Assembly: GCA_022710645.1 (NCBI GenBank)
Contig: JAKLGL010000001.1
Location: 274,712 to 338,711, forward strand
Reading direction: 5' to 3'
Source: Patescibacteria group bacterium
GTDB taxonomy: Bacteria > Patescibacteriota > Patescibacteriia > Magasanikbacterales > GWA2-37-8
DNA length: 64,000 bases
Below are positions 1-10,421 of this stretch, piece by piece. Within the stretch, counting starts at the first letter, position 1; every line of letters starts with the position of its first letter. The notes below the pieces were generated by a model. That model had not been told where the DNA came from, did no database searches, and saw only the letters and a list, made by a program, of their open reading frames with translations. The position numbers were made by a program, and so were the translations under genes.

Positions 1-137
1 AAGTTTACAAGTTGTTAACGTCCATTAAGTAATATATAAAGAAGACAGTTGAACTGACAGACCTAATTTACTTTTTTCTTTTTACCTAGCTATTTTCCAA
101 AATTATTTATTATCATCATTTTATAGGGAGACCTACC

Positions 138-710
138 ATGAACGCCAAGAACATCGCCTTTATCGCCTTCTTTGCTTTCGTTTCCATCGTCTTCATCGCC
201 TGCGGCGGTGAGGGTCCGGACGACCCCGTTGATACCGATCCTGTCGATGACACTGTCGTTGTTGACGACAATGAACCGGTGGACAACGATGTTGAGCCGA
301 CTGACGATGCTTCCGATTCCGAACCGACGGATGATCTTACTGATGAGAATCCAGATGATGATGGGCTCATAGATAACGAGCCCACTGACGACGATACCAC
401 TCCCCTGAACTGTGAAGATGACGAGAATTGCAAGGAGATTTGTAAAAATTTCCTTGATATTCAGGGTCATTGGAATAATATCGATCCCGAAGATGTCGGA
501 TCAGTCGATATTACCCTTGCAGTCAAGGATGCGAAGTGCGAGATCAAGATGGTCGGACAATGGACTTTGATGTGGTACGGATTAGACTACCCCCTTGACC
601 CCTGTAATGAAGGATACCTTCTCTACCTCAGTAAAAAAGGGCAGAATCTACTAGTGGAGAGAAAGGACACCGATGGTTCATTAATGGAAACCAAAGAATT
701 CTCCAGATGA
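138..710 (+). CDS. Putative secreted lipoprotein with a highly acidic D/P/T/E-rich linker and a small Cys-containing C-terminal domain
   Basis: N-terminal signal peptide ending in a FIAC-GG lipobox-like site. A long Asp/Pro/Thr low-complexity stretch follows. A rho-independent terminator lies downstream at 729-760. There is no family-level match by eye. Confidence 0.5.
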   Translation: MNAKNIAFIAFFAFVSIVFIACGGEGPDDPVDTDPVDDTVVVDDNEPVDNDVEPTDDASDSEPTDDLTDENPDDDGLIDNEPTDDDTTPLNCEDDENCKEICKNFLDIQGHWNNIDPEDVGSVDITLAVKDAKCEIKMVGQWTLMWYGLDYPLDPCNEGYLLYLSKKGQNLLVERKDTDGSLMETKEFSR

Positions 711-728
711 AAACACATACTCTTAACA

Positions 729-760
729 AAAAGCCGGGACAATAGTCTCGGCTTCTTTTT
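729..760. terminator. Bidirectional rho-independent terminator between convergent genes
   Basis: Hairpin AAGCCGGGAC-AATA-GTCTCGGCTT (one G.U pair) followed by a T-run. It sits between the stop of the + gene (710) and the stop of the giant minus-strand gene (789). Confidence 0.6.
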
Positions 761-788
761 ATTCAAAAACTTCCTTAATTTTAACTAT

Positions 789-3700
789 TTATTTTACTGA
801 TATACCTCCATTATATTCTTTCCACGCTTTATTTGAAGAATCACAATCATTAAAAGTATTAGAACCAAAAACTATTTCACTATAACATCCAATTCCATTA
901 TATCCTGCTGGATAATTAGTTGTATTATCACATTTTCCACTACACCACCCCCAATTATCTTTCACCTGAACAGCGGGTTTATATGTAATATTGGTATTGG
1001 CGATGTTAAGATAAAATTCATAATAATCAGCGCGACAGCCTTCTCCTCTGTTGTTTCCAAAACCTTCCGGATCATCATCAAGCGCCTGATTTTGAGGTTG
1101 ACATTTACCTTCTACTAAATTATCGGAAGATTCGTTATAAAAGACACAATCCCAATCTCCGTCGCAAGGAATTTGATATTTATAATCATCCGCGTTTGAC
1201 CAATTGGTTCCGCTTCCACCGACACAATAACCAAAATTGGTACATTTTGGTTTGCGGTTGCCCATACTCTCGGCTTCCACTTTTACAAAATCAACGTCAG
1301 AAATATTCTTTTTAACCCAAATACTGCGAAGAGGCATTTGCGCCGGATCGGCCCAAGCGTAAAATCGCAAGATAAGCGGTTGGCCGTAAGCTATTTGGAT
1401 ATCTTTACCCGTAACATTATCTCCAGTCACACTCATTTGATCAAGGACAAAAGAATTGCAAACTTTTTCCGCCTCGCATCCGAATTTATTGGCAGCCGCG
1501 GAATCTTTGCATTTTTGAATTTTAATATCACAATCTTCTTTTGACATTTTTACCGGAGCGGCGATTACCGGCGGACGGATTTTGATACCTAAATCTTTAG
1601 CTGCTTTAGGGGAAGCAAAATCAACTTTTAATCCTGCAGATCCAACCCACCCTTTAACAAACATTTTTCTGAACATGTTGCATATTGGAGAATCGTTCTT
1701 TTTAGAATTATCGCCATCTGGTAAAACATTTTCAAAAGGTATATTCTTTGAACAATCTGCCGCGATTTGATTTAAAGGAATGCGATATTTATAGGTATAT
1801 ATTTCTCCGTTTTCATAAGTACCATAATCCATCAAGTCGTTTTGCTTAGCTTCTTTAGAATCATAGTTAATTAATGCTACACCTCCATTTAAACTACCGC
1901 TATTACCCAATAAACCAAATGGTTGTTGATTGTCAGCATCCCAAAAATTAAAATATTTTCTAAAAGAATTTAAGAATTTCGGGTCTTCACCGTTTGTTAA
2001 ACCATAATACAATGAAGGGACGGCTTCTCTGCGAGCATAAATAGTTCTATATTTATAACTATTTGAATAAGCCGCAGATGAAGGTTGGTTATCATTAGAA
2101 TTATTAAAAAGAAATACCTTGTCCTTAATCAAACGCCAGGTTACAGGCTTTATGGAAAAAACATCTGTGTTGTCTCTAACAATGATTTTATCACTATTAT
2201 CCGCAGAACATGTCCCGTCAGAATAATGAACTATAAATATAAAAGCATTACCTCTTGACCCGTTTTCATCACCACCATCTATAGTGTTACAATTTGTAAT
2301 ATCACCAGAATGTTTTTCGTAAGTACCCCTAACATCTTTTGTTTCAACAGATAAACCGTCCAAAATTCCGTTTTCTGTCCATTTTATTTTCACAGTAAAT
2401 CCATTACTACCCTCTTTATATTTATCTTCTTCACAATTTATATTTCCATTAACACCCCAAATTTGCAGACCCCAATCGTTGCCGGTTAATTTTTGATAAC
2501 ATGTATTTGAAGGCTTAAAATAAGTTGAGGAAACAAAATACCCGCCATCACTATCTTTAAAAGCATCTGGCAAATTGTCATTTTTTGTGTTTAATTCAAA
2601 AAATTCTCCATTATAAAAAGTAAAGCGATTATTATCAAAATTATTTTCTATTCCTTCTTTAACCGAATCTGATACCAATACTTCTATTTTGGTAATTGAT
2701 TTTCTATCTATCTTTTCAAAAACGACATCAGAATCAGAGGAAGGAATACTATAATCTTCATTATCATCTGATGCATAAATATAATATGCTGTAGAATTAG
2801 GTGATAAATTTTTAATTAAAAGCTCCTGTCCGTTAACACCTTCGATCCCGGCATCATCATTATTTCTTTCACAGCCGAATTTTTTACCTTGAATATAATA
2901 AGGGTACATATAATTTCCTTGCCAGGAAATTTTTTGACCATTATCCGAATTTGAACACAATTCAGGAGAAGGGTTTTCACATTTTCCATTTATGTCATTT
3001 CCACAAATTTGCGTTGTACCACCAAAAGAATTAAGTGGTTCCAACTTTTCTCCCTCACCCCTAAAATCACTTCCTTTTACATACCACTCTCTCACAGGAT
3101 CCCCACTAGCATGGCTGATATATGAATTTAATTTTTGCGCATATTTATATGGTTCTATATTTGAAGCAGAACATGCCCAACTTGTATTATTAATACTATT
3201 TTTTACCGGATTATTATAAGCACATACTTCCAGAGGTGTTTTTTCTGTAACTCTCCACCCTGCTGTATCATCATAAACATACAAATCCGTAGCTCCTTCC
3301 ACTGATTCCACCGGCCACCAGGTCAAACAGGTATTATCCGTACCTCCGGCTGTGTAAAACGGATTTCTGACATCTTTTTCTACACAATAACCTTCCCAAC
3401 CAAGCAAAGCATTGATGGATTTCAAAGGAGAACAAATACCGCCACTGTTTTCATCTCCACAAGAATTGACAACTGTGGGATCACACCCTTTTCCTTCTTC
3501 CAATCCTCCCAAACAAACACCTTTGGCATAATCACCTTCAACAGCATTGCTTCCCAAATAAACATTTTGACTTTTATAATTGTATTTTTTATAACTGCAA
3601 TCACAATCTCCTCCAGAACACAGATTAACTTTATCGCTAAATCCTTTTTTAAACTCTCGATTAACTCCCGTAGCAGTACTATCTCGCAAAACCCAAAGAT

Positions 3701-6700
3701 TGAAAGGACTGTCCTGTTCCGGATATCCGCGACAGGATAACCCCGGAGATGCTTTGGGGTCTTCCATAACATCTGTTTTTTCCGTAGCATCCAAATCATA
3801 ACTTGAATAAGGCATTGCCGGGAATACGCATTCTTCTCCAGAGCAATAACCTTTTAAGCCTGGCATTTTGGCGCTTGAACATTCTTTCTTGGATGAAATA
3901 ACATCATTGACATTGCACACCGTAGTTGTAACTTCAGTATGAACAAGTTTATTTTCCGGAAGAATTATAAGTGGAATTCCATTTAAACCTGACACAGACG
4001 GATATTTTATTTCTCTAACTTGTAAATCGTAAATTTGATAAGAATTAAACAGAGAATATCCAGTAAACTCTTCGGCGTTCCAAGCCGTGGACCTGCTTTG
4101 ATAAACTTTTTTGGTAAGCGGAATATCTTTTTCCGAAGTCGAAGTGACTATATCCACACACTGTCCGTCACTGGTCGCACCGGCCTGGGCTTTGGTACAT
4201 AAACCCAAACGATAACAACGACTACTGAGTTGTCCCGTATCCCCGTCTCTATTGGTCATATATTCACTACAATAAGACCAGAGAGAACAAGTTCTATCCA
4301 ACATCACTTTCATGACAATATTGGCGTCATTGGTTGAAGCGTTATTTATCGGATCTACCAGGGCTCCGCCTTTTGCATTTGAAGCCGCGTAAGTTGCAGC
4401 CGTATCCCATGTTTTAGTCGGATTATCGGTTTTATCAAACAAAACACAACCGCTATTTAAACTTACTTTTCCCGAGCAATCTTTTTGCGCGTCGGAAATT
4501 TTACTGTTATTTATCAAATAGTATTCTTTATCCGGATCAGAACAAACATCTTTGGCATCACTAGTGCAATCTTTATCAAATTGACATTTTTTGCCGCTGA
4601 CGGCGCATTTCTTGCTTTGCGATTCTGAATATCTGTCGGTAAACAAAGTACAATCAGATTGATCAGCTGGACAAACACCGGTGTAATTCGCATAATTATC
4701 CGAACCGTAAGACGGTAAATAGCTTCCATTTACTGCCGAATTGTCCGCATAACAAATCGTGCTAGTAGTTCCTTTCATTAACCATTTATAAACGCCAGTA
4801 TCGTCTTTTTTCCATTCACAAATCAAATTGCCGTAAATCTCCGGATCTTTGAAATAATAATTGCTTGAACCGGATTTCCAAGAATCACAACCTTCGGCTT
4901 TATCATTACAAATAGAATTATCAAAATCTGAAGTATTAGGTTTGATTTTCAAATAAACATCTTGATATTTACGACTATCATCGGAAAGTAAAACAGAAGA
5001 ACCCAGAGCCGTACAACCTTTTTCCGCTTCCGCACATGAAACATTTTGATCTTTGAGCACCAGATAAATCGGTGATTCCGATCTTGGCGGAATAACTATG
5101 GTGGCAGTGGTGTAATATTCCGATAAAGCGCTCAATGCTCCGGACGGAGCGACTATTTTTTCTACATAACAACCATTTTCTTCTTTGGCGGCAAAACATT
5201 TCAAAGACACTCCGCCGACAGTCGTAGACAATTCTCCGCTTACGCCCGGTGTGCCAAATTCTGATTTTTTCAACCACAAATTATAGACAATATATTTTTT
5301 ACTGTCCGTACCGGCAAGTTCCCTATTGTTCGTATCGTAAACTTTGGTACACCCCTGTGCTCCATCACGGCAAAGATAACTAAAATTGTGCAAATATACG
5401 GGATTTAAACTTGCAGTGGTTTTGTAAGCGCGGCAACCCAAAGCTTGACCCGGTAAATTGTCTGTCTGGTCGGCATCGCACAAAGACGGCACTGTTAATT
5501 TATCTTTTACCAAATAAACAATATCGGAAACCAATTCAACTTTCACATTATCAACATACAAAATTTGACTTTGAACAGTGTTTGGTTTTAAAACCAATTG
5601 AGCTGTCAATTTATTTTGAGCGTCAGCATTGGCATCTTTTACAGCTTCAAAAACATATTCGTATCTCTTCCAATTATCCGTTAATGTAAAATCGGCAACA
5701 TTATTATTCAATAAATGCCAGAATCGTAAACCCCAAGATCCCGATCCTTTGGCCAAGAAAGAAACACGATAGCTTTTGCCCGGCGTCAAAGGTAGAGCAT
5801 AATATTTTGTCCCACTGGCTCCGCCGGCGTTTACCACTACTTTGAGAGAATGACCGTTATTTATCAAGCTTTCAGTAGAAACAGACAATGAAGTAAAAGA
5901 ATCCGCCGGATTGGCTTTTCCCCAAGTTTGAGTTTGGTTATCAGTGCCAAATACAACACTACCTTCAAAAGTTTGATTCATTAATGTATTGGAATAATTT
6001 CCAGTATTACCTTTATAAGGACGGCAAGAAACTTTTTCTTTGGCGCAAGCAAAACTGCCTCCGGCTGTCGTTTGTATTCCAGAAGGCAAACCGTTATAAA
6101 CACAATAACCAGTATTTACATCATAAAAAACCACCTTGTCTCCCCCGTCGTTTATACTTCCCAAGCAATCGGTACCAGTATCAAATTCAGGTTTAACTGC
6201 CCGATAAGAAGTACATTTGTCGGAAACCGCCACTGTTTTATTCAAGAAAACATAATATTTTTTACCCGTATCGTCTATCAATTCACGACATTGTTCTCCA
6301 TCGTCGGTTCTAAAATTGAAATCTTGAGCGGTTTGACTGCATTTTGAACGTAGCAAATCTCTTTCCGCAGTATCACGATACATTTGTTTCGGAGCGCCGG
6401 AACTTTCTTTTAATAAAACATAACTTATCAATTGATAACCACCGGCATCTCTGCCTTCATAAGTATAGAAATTCTTTTGTCTGTTTTTATCCGGCAAAAT
6501 ACAAGTTCGCAAATCAGTGAAATATTCCGTTTGTTCCAGGTTATTGCTAACCGTGGAAAGATTTACAAACGCGCTACAACCAGATTCTGAAGCACTGCAA
6601 CTCGCTTCTTTTTGCGGAATTATATAAGCCAAATCCGTCCCTTTACCGTATTTTGTCGGCATCTCTTTGTAAGAATTATAACCGACACAAGACGCATCGC

Positions 6701-9050
6701 ACTGATCATTCCAAGCAGTTACCACATTACTACTATTAACCGTGGCCGGAACAAATTTTCCAGTCACACTTTCTCCTGTCAAAAGACCGTCAAAATTAAG
6801 CGTCTGATACAATCCGCATCTTTCTTCTTCCGGCAAACAAACCGGAGAGTAATTTTTACAAGCGTCAGTACTGACTGGTTTTATTTTGTTGAAATCCGCT
6901 AAATTTTGTGGCCACTGCACGCCGTTACTGCGATTGTTATCACTATCATAACAACCTAAATAATCCGGCGCTTTTTTGAAATAAACAACATTTGATTCTG
7001 TCGAAGTATTCAGAGCCAAGGCCGTACAACCGGCATCTTTAGCTTGGCAAGTCTCTGTTTTTTTATTCAAATAAAAACCTTTTCCTTTGCCGTAATCCCA
7101 AGTTCCGCTGGCAAAATTACTGTTGGGATAAGTTTTGAAATTACTATAAAAAATACAACCAACATTATCACTGTCACACATCTCGCTATTGAGCGTTCTA
7201 GTTAAATAAGAAGAAGTTTTTCCTTTACTATTGGTTAAAACTTTACAAGTCGCATATTGACTATCGCAATAGTCAGCATCAAAACGCCAAACGCTTTTTT
7301 CTTTCAAACAATAACCGTAAGCCAAACATTTTCCGTTTTTGTCATAATCCACACAGGTTTGCAAATCAGCGCATTCTTCTTGACGAACCGGAGTATCTTT
7401 ATCTACAAGCTGAGTTCCGTAAACCAGAGATTTGCAACGAGCCGGCGGAATTTTCAAAACCCAATTCGGATTTATCAAGTGATAATAAGGAGAACGCACA
7501 TTATCAAAATTTTCCAAAATTTCTTTCAATGTCGGCGGACCGGAAACAAAAACATTTACCCCATTTGCATAAGCGGTGTTGGTAGCATTCACCTCGGTCA
7601 AAGAAGCTATTTCAAAACCAAGAGGTAGCACTCCGGCTTTGCGAAGAAGTTTGATATTTTTGTAACAAAAAGCTCCGGCATAACAATCTTTTTCACTATG
7701 TTGACGCTCAGTGGCTTCACCGGGGCCTATCAATTTCCAATTTTCATCCAAATAACCTTTTTCAATAGCGCCTCGAATAGTTAAAGGCTGACCTAATTCC
7801 GCCGATCTTATAGCTTGAGCAAACTGTTCATCAATCACGCAATTTTCAACTCCAGGATTATCCGGACAAGAAGAAAATTTTGATAAAAGATCATATTTGC
7901 TAATTTCTCTGGATTTGGCCACCAATAACAATTCGGCAAAAAGCGAAGCTGCTTCTTGTTTATAGGAAGATTCCCCGCCGGCATAATAATTTCCTTCAGC
8001 ATCGTATTTACTTTCCACGCAAGTATCTATGCTCAAACCGCCGATCTTGAGGTAACTCGGAACACATTTAACTTTTCCTAAACCAAAAGGAAACATGCCT
8101 TTGGTAAGAAAATTATCCATAGCCGTACCAGCGAAAGTATCTATAAAAGTAGAAGCCGCGTTCATCAAAACTTGTATAGAGCCTTTTTGTAAAGCCGCAG
8201 CCATATATTCTTGAGTGCTTTGTTTTTTACCCTCAACTTGTGCTCCTTTGCCGGCTTTTACTAACATATCTTTATTAACTTCAGCTGGAGTAATAATGTC
8301 GCCGGAAATAGCCGTGGTCAAAGATTTTACTCCCCCACCTTCGGTTCTTTCAGCCTTAGCAGCAGCCTCAGCATCGAGCGCATAACTATCCATTTTGCTT
8401 TTGGCTTCTATACCTATACCTAAATCAGTGTCGGAAATTTCCAAAGAAGTATTAAATCTCTTACTAAAACCTTCGCCGTTTTCCCCCCAATATTTACTTT
8501 TGATATTTTCCGCACTATAAGTATCTTTGAGCTGTTGAAAAGAACAGGTAGGTTTTGGTTCGGAGTAAGCCAAGTGCAAACCCATTTTCAAAGCCAAATC
8601 AAGTTTCGGATCAGGTAAACTACAAAGATTAAAACCGACACCTTTGGCAAAACTGTCCAAAGCCGTACCTAAAGCATCACCAGCCACTCCGGCCCAATAA
8701 TCACCCATGCTCTTGGTATTGAAAAGCGGAGATTGTCCCCAATTACCGGAAGCCAAACTCACAGCCATATCATATGCGACTTTATTTAAAAGAAAATCTA
8801 AACCTTTCATCGCACCAACCATTACCGAATCAATAAAATTATCTTCCACCTTATTCCAATTTTCTTCTAATTGAGCTTTTGTTTCATTCCATGTGTTCCA
8901 CATGTTTTGAGTATTGTCATAAGTTGGCAAGCCCTGAGCCATGGCCGGTGAGGCAAAAACAAAAGAAAAAGAAAAAATAACCAGAAGAAGGACTGGAAAT
9001 AGTTTAGGTTTAAGACGGGGAAAAAGGGACATAAAATATATAATTTTCAA
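789..9050 (-). CDS. Giant (2,753 aa) secreted Cys-rich extracellular protein; function unknown (candidate surface or adhesin protein)
   Basis: Single uninterrupted ORF. N-terminal signal peptide MKIIYFMSLFPRLKPKLFPVLLLVIFSFSFVFASPAMA. Composition is N/S/T/G/D/Y/C-rich with many paired Cys throughout. No catalytic motif was recognised. It is the last gene of a minus-strand operon. Confidence 0.6.
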   Translation of the reverse strand: MKIIYFMSLFPRLKPKLFPVLLLVIFSFSFVFASPAMAQGLPTYDNTQNMWNTWNETKAQLEENWNKVEDNFIDSVMVGAMKGLDFLLNKVAYDMAVSLASGNWGQSPLFNTKSMGDYWAGVAGDALGTALDSFAKGVGFNLCSLPDPKLDLALKMGLHLAYSEPKPTCSFQQLKDTYSAENIKSKYWGENGEGFSKRFNTSLEISDTDLGIGIEAKSKMDSYALDAEAAAKAERTEGGGVKSLTTAISGDIITPAEVNKDMLVKAGKGAQVEGKKQSTQEYMAAALQKGSIQVLMNAASTFIDTFAGTAMDNFLTKGMFPFGLGKVKCVPSYLKIGGLSIDTCVESKYDAEGNYYAGGESSYKQEAASLFAELLLVAKSREISKYDLLSKFSSCPDNPGVENCVIDEQFAQAIRSAELGQPLTIRGAIEKGYLDENWKLIGPGEATERQHSEKDCYAGAFCYKNIKLLRKAGVLPLGFEIASLTEVNATNTAYANGVNVFVSGPPTLKEILENFDNVRSPYYHLINPNWVLKIPPARCKSLVYGTQLVDKDTPVRQEECADLQTCVDYDKNGKCLAYGYCLKEKSVWRFDADYCDSQYATCKVLTNSKGKTSSYLTRTLNSEMCDSDNVGCIFYSNFKTYPNSNFASGTWDYGKGKGFYLNKKTETCQAKDAGCTALALNTSTESNVVYFKKAPDYLGCYDSDNNRSNGVQWPQNLADFNKIKPVSTDACKNYSPVCLPEEERCGLYQTLNFDGLLTGESVTGKFVPATVNSSNVVTAWNDQCDASCVGYNSYKEMPTKYGKGTDLAYIIPQKEASCSASESGCSAFVNLSTVSNNLEQTEYFTDLRTCILPDKNRQKNFYTYEGRDAGGYQLISYVLLKESSGAPKQMYRDTAERDLLRSKCSQTAQDFNFRTDDGEQCRELIDDTGKKYYVFLNKTVAVSDKCTSYRAVKPEFDTGTDCLGSINDGGDKVVFYDVNTGYCVYNGLPSGIQTTAGGSFACAKEKVSCRPYKGNTGNYSNTLMNQTFEGSVVFGTDNQTQTWGKANPADSFTSLSVSTESLINNGHSLKVVVNAGGASGTKYYALPLTPGKSYRVSFLAKGSGSWGLRFWHLLNNNVADFTLTDNWKRYEYVFEAVKDANADAQNKLTAQLVLKPNTVQSQILYVDNVKVELVSDIVYLVKDKLTVPSLCDADQTDNLPGQALGCRAYKTTASLNPVYLHNFSYLCRDGAQGCTKVYDTNNRELAGTDSKKYIVYNLWLKKSEFGTPGVSGELSTTVGGVSLKCFAAKEENGCYVEKIVAPSGALSALSEYYTTATIVIPPRSESPIYLVLKDQNVSCAEAEKGCTALGSSVLLSDDSRKYQDVYLKIKPNTSDFDNSICNDKAEGCDSWKSGSSNYYFKDPEIYGNLICEWKKDDTGVYKWLMKGTTSTICYADNSAVNGSYLPSYGSDNYANYTGVCPADQSDCTLFTDRYSESQSKKCAVSGKKCQFDKDCTSDAKDVCSDPDKEYYLINNSKISDAQKDCSGKVSLNSGCVLFDKTDNPTKTWDTAATYAASNAKGGALVDPINNASTNDANIVMKVMLDRTCSLWSYCSEYMTNRDGDTGQLSSRCYRLGLCTKAQAGATSDGQCVDIVTSTSEKDIPLTKKVYQSRSTAWNAEEFTGYSLFNSYQIYDLQVREIKYPSVSGLNGIPLIILPENKLVHTEVTTTVCNVNDVISSKKECSSAKMPGLKGYCSGEECVFPAMPYSSYDLDATEKTDVMEDPKASPGLSCRGYPEQDSPFNLWVLRDSTATGVNREFKKGFSDKVNLCSGGDCDCSYKKYNYKSQNVYLGSNAVEGDYAKGVCLGGLEEGKGCDPTVVNSCGDENSGGICSPLKSINALLGWEGYCVEKDVRNPFYTAGGTDNTCLTWWPVESVEGATDLYVYDDTAGWRVTEKTPLEVCAYNNPVKNSINNTSWACSASNIEPYKYAQKLNSYISHASGDPVREWYVKGSDFRGEGEKLEPLNSFGGTTQICGNDINGKCENPSPELCSNSDNGQKISWQGNYMYPYYIQGKKFGCERNNDDAGIEGVNGQELLIKNLSPNSTAYYIYASDDNEDYSIPSSDSDVVFEKIDRKSITKIEVLVSDSVKEGIENNFDNNRFTFYNGEFFELNTKNDNLPDAFKDSDGGYFVSSTYFKPSNTCYQKLTGNDWGLQIWGVNGNINCEEDKYKEGSNGFTVKIKWTENGILDGLSVETKDVRGTYEKHSGDITNCNTIDGGDENGSRGNAFIFIVHYSDGTCSADNSDKIIVRDNTDVFSIKPVTWRLIKDKVFLFNNSNDNQPSSAAYSNSYKYRTIYARREAVPSLYYGLTNGEDPKFLNSFRKYFNFWDADNQQPFGLLGNSGSLNGGVALINYDSKEAKQNDLMDYGTYENGEIYTYKYRIPLNQIAADCSKNIPFENVLPDGDNSKKNDSPICNMFRKMFVKGWVGSAGLKVDFASPKAAKDLGIKIRPPVIAAPVKMSKEDCDIKIQKCKDSAAANKFGCEAEKVCNSFVLDQMSVTGDNVTGKDIQIAYGQPLILRFYAWADPAQMPLRSIWVKKNISDVDFVKVEAESMGNRKPKCTNFGYCVGGSGTNWSNADDYKYQIPCDGDWDCVFYNESSDNLVEGKCQPQNQALDDDPEGFGNNRGEGCRADYYEFYLNIANTNITYKPAVQVKDNWGWCSGKCDNTTNYPAGYNGIGCYSEIVFGSNTFNDCDSSNKAWKEYNGGISVK

Positions 9051-9080
9051 TTTTTAATTTTCATTAAATTTTCAATCATC
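9040..9080. repeat. Left inverted-repeat arm (family B, ATTTTCAAT units) flanking a four-helix-bundle gene
   Basis: Sequence 'aattttcaatttttaattttcattaaattttcaatcatcaatttacaatttc'. Its reverse complement matches 9455-9510 and the gene-less copy at 22095-22200. Confidence 0.6.
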
Positions 9081-9483
9081 AATTTACAATTTCTTTATCA
9101 TTGCCTTTTCTGCTAGTCATGCCTATTTTTTGAAATATCATAGTTAGCTCCTGTGCTTCTGACCAGTATATCCTGAGTTCTTTTTTTAAATCTTCGTTAC
9201 AAACTGCTAACATTCTTAACCAGTGTTTTGTTTCTTGCGCTTCTTTTTTGCAAATAAATATTTTGTTTATAAAATCTTTTTTTGATGCCGCCCCATTGGC
9301 TTCCATATAATTAGCTCCCACACTAGTAGCTGATCGAATAATTTGACCAATCAAAGATTTGTTATATTCATTAATTCTTATTCTTTGACACAATTTAATA
9401 ATGTCTTCACCAAACTTTGCAGTCCTCTCTTCCAAATCATAACCAGATACCATATTTTGAAAATTAAAATATTGAAAATTCAA
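9079..9483 (-). CDS. Four-helix-bundle protein (PF05635/TIGR02436-like, '23S rRNA intervening-sequence protein' family)
   Basis: Motif ...SATSVGANYMEANGAASKKDFINKIFICKKEAQETKHWL... is typical of the family. The track ORF starts at a TTG; the probable true start is the ATG at 9453 (MVSGYDLE...). The gene is flanked by inverted repeats. Confidence 0.6.
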   Translation of the reverse strand: MNFQYFNFQNMVSGYDLEERTAKFGEDIIKLCQRIRINEYNKSLIGQIIRSATSVGANYMEANGAASKKDFINKIFICKKEAQETKHWLRMLAVCNEDLKKELRIYWSEAQELTMIFQKIGMTSRKGNDKEIVN

Positions 9484-9510
9484 TGAAAATTGTAAATTGT
9501 AAATTTTATT
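9455..9510. repeat. Right inverted-repeat arm (family B, ATTGAAAAT units)
   Basis: Sequence 'aaattaaaatattgaaaattcaatgaaaattgtaaattgtaaatttt'. Its reverse complement resembles 9040-9080 and 22105-22140. Confidence 0.6.
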
Positions 9511-10413
9511 TTACACTCCCCATTCAAATTTTCCCGTCGCTTCATTGTAATAATAAAGCTCTTTGATTTTTTCATCATTGTATTTGGCGGCAGTTTTTTC
9601 CAAAACTTCAAAAACACCTTCGCTATCTATAATTTCACTGGCTTCATTTTTAGGGAAAAATTGAATGATTTTTGATTTTATTTCCGAATATGACGGAACC
9701 GGCAAAGATTTACCGCCCGCCTTTTCTTCTTTTTGTGAAACAACATTATCTCCGATTTTCAAATTTCCGGTGCGAGCATATTCATCGGCAATTCTAAAAA
9801 TATCTTTTTTTTCAGAACCGAACATAAAATCTGTAAATTTATAGACATTTTCGACAAAAACCCCTTTATCATTCAAAAAATATTCGTTAAAATATTCATC
9901 TTTTGTTTGCAAATCTTCAAAAAGAACGTTTAAATATTTTTTAAATTCTTCTTTATTTTGAATTTGTCGAAATTTCACGATTACTTCCGAAAAAGCTATA
10001 CTTTTCTCTCCGATTTTCCCGATAATCGCTCCGGAATTTTTCATCGATTCTTTACAGGCGTTAAAATCTCCCAAAACTTCATCTTGGCTTTTCAAATAGT
10101 AATTTGAAGCTACATACAATAAAAATCTATCCAAAACATCGTATCCAAGCAAAAAAGACATGGCTATTTCTTTTTTAAAAAAAATGTCCTTGAGAAAATT
10201 TATAGGTAAATTCAAAAATCTTCTGAAACTTATCTCTGTAAACCAGCGCAAATATGATTTTCTCATTTCATAATCTTCTTCAAAATCGGTCGATGAAAAA
10301 ACATTTATCAAATCGCCAAAAAAAACATCCGCCTGTTCATTGGTAAACAAATCTATTTCAGCTTGCATTTTTTCCAATTGGCTATCATCCAAATTTAGCT
10401 GTGTTTTGATCAT
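9511..10413 (-). CDS. Hypothetical cytoplasmic protein (300 aa), middle gene of the giant-protein operon
   Basis: Intact ORF lying 8 nt downstream of the 1,054-aa gene. No TM segment or signal peptide. No recognisable family. Confidence 0.45.
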   Translation of the reverse strand: MIKTQLNLDDSQLEKMQAEIDLFTNEQADVFFGDLINVFSSTDFEEDYEMRKSYLRWFTEISFRRFLNLPINFLKDIFFKKEIAMSFLLGYDVLDRFLLYVASNYYLKSQDEVLGDFNACKESMKNSGAIIGKIGEKSIAFSEVIVKFRQIQNKEEFKKYLNVLFEDLQTKDEYFNEYFLNDKGVFVENVYKFTDFMFGSEKKDIFRIADEYARTGNLKIGDNVVSQKEEKAGGKSLPVPSYSEIKSKIIQFFPKNEASEIIDSEGVFEVLEKTAAKYNDEKIKELYYYNEATGKFEWGV

Positions 10414-10421
10414 ATGTCTTT

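Noticed and set aside
90-470. Track ORFs 90-470(-), 116-433(-), 172-372(+) overlapping the lipoprotein gene
   Set aside because: These are shadow ORFs on alternative frames or strands of a low-complexity acidic coding region. They have no start or RBS context.
1338-8000. Numerous 60-130-aa ORFs inside or antisense to the 8.3-kb giant gene (for example 1338-1544, 3422-3799, 4978-5277, 7257-7628)
   Set aside because: All are nested within one long uninterrupted ORF with coherent composition. The nested ORFs are Cys/Arg/Phe-rich nonsense typical of antisense frames.
9481-9483. Track start codons at TTG for 9079-9483 and 20530-22113
   Set aside because: The six-frame track opens ORFs at TTG. 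In both cases a downstream in-frame ATG (9453; 22092) gives an N-terminus matching the family, so I kept the track coordinates and noted the likely true starts.
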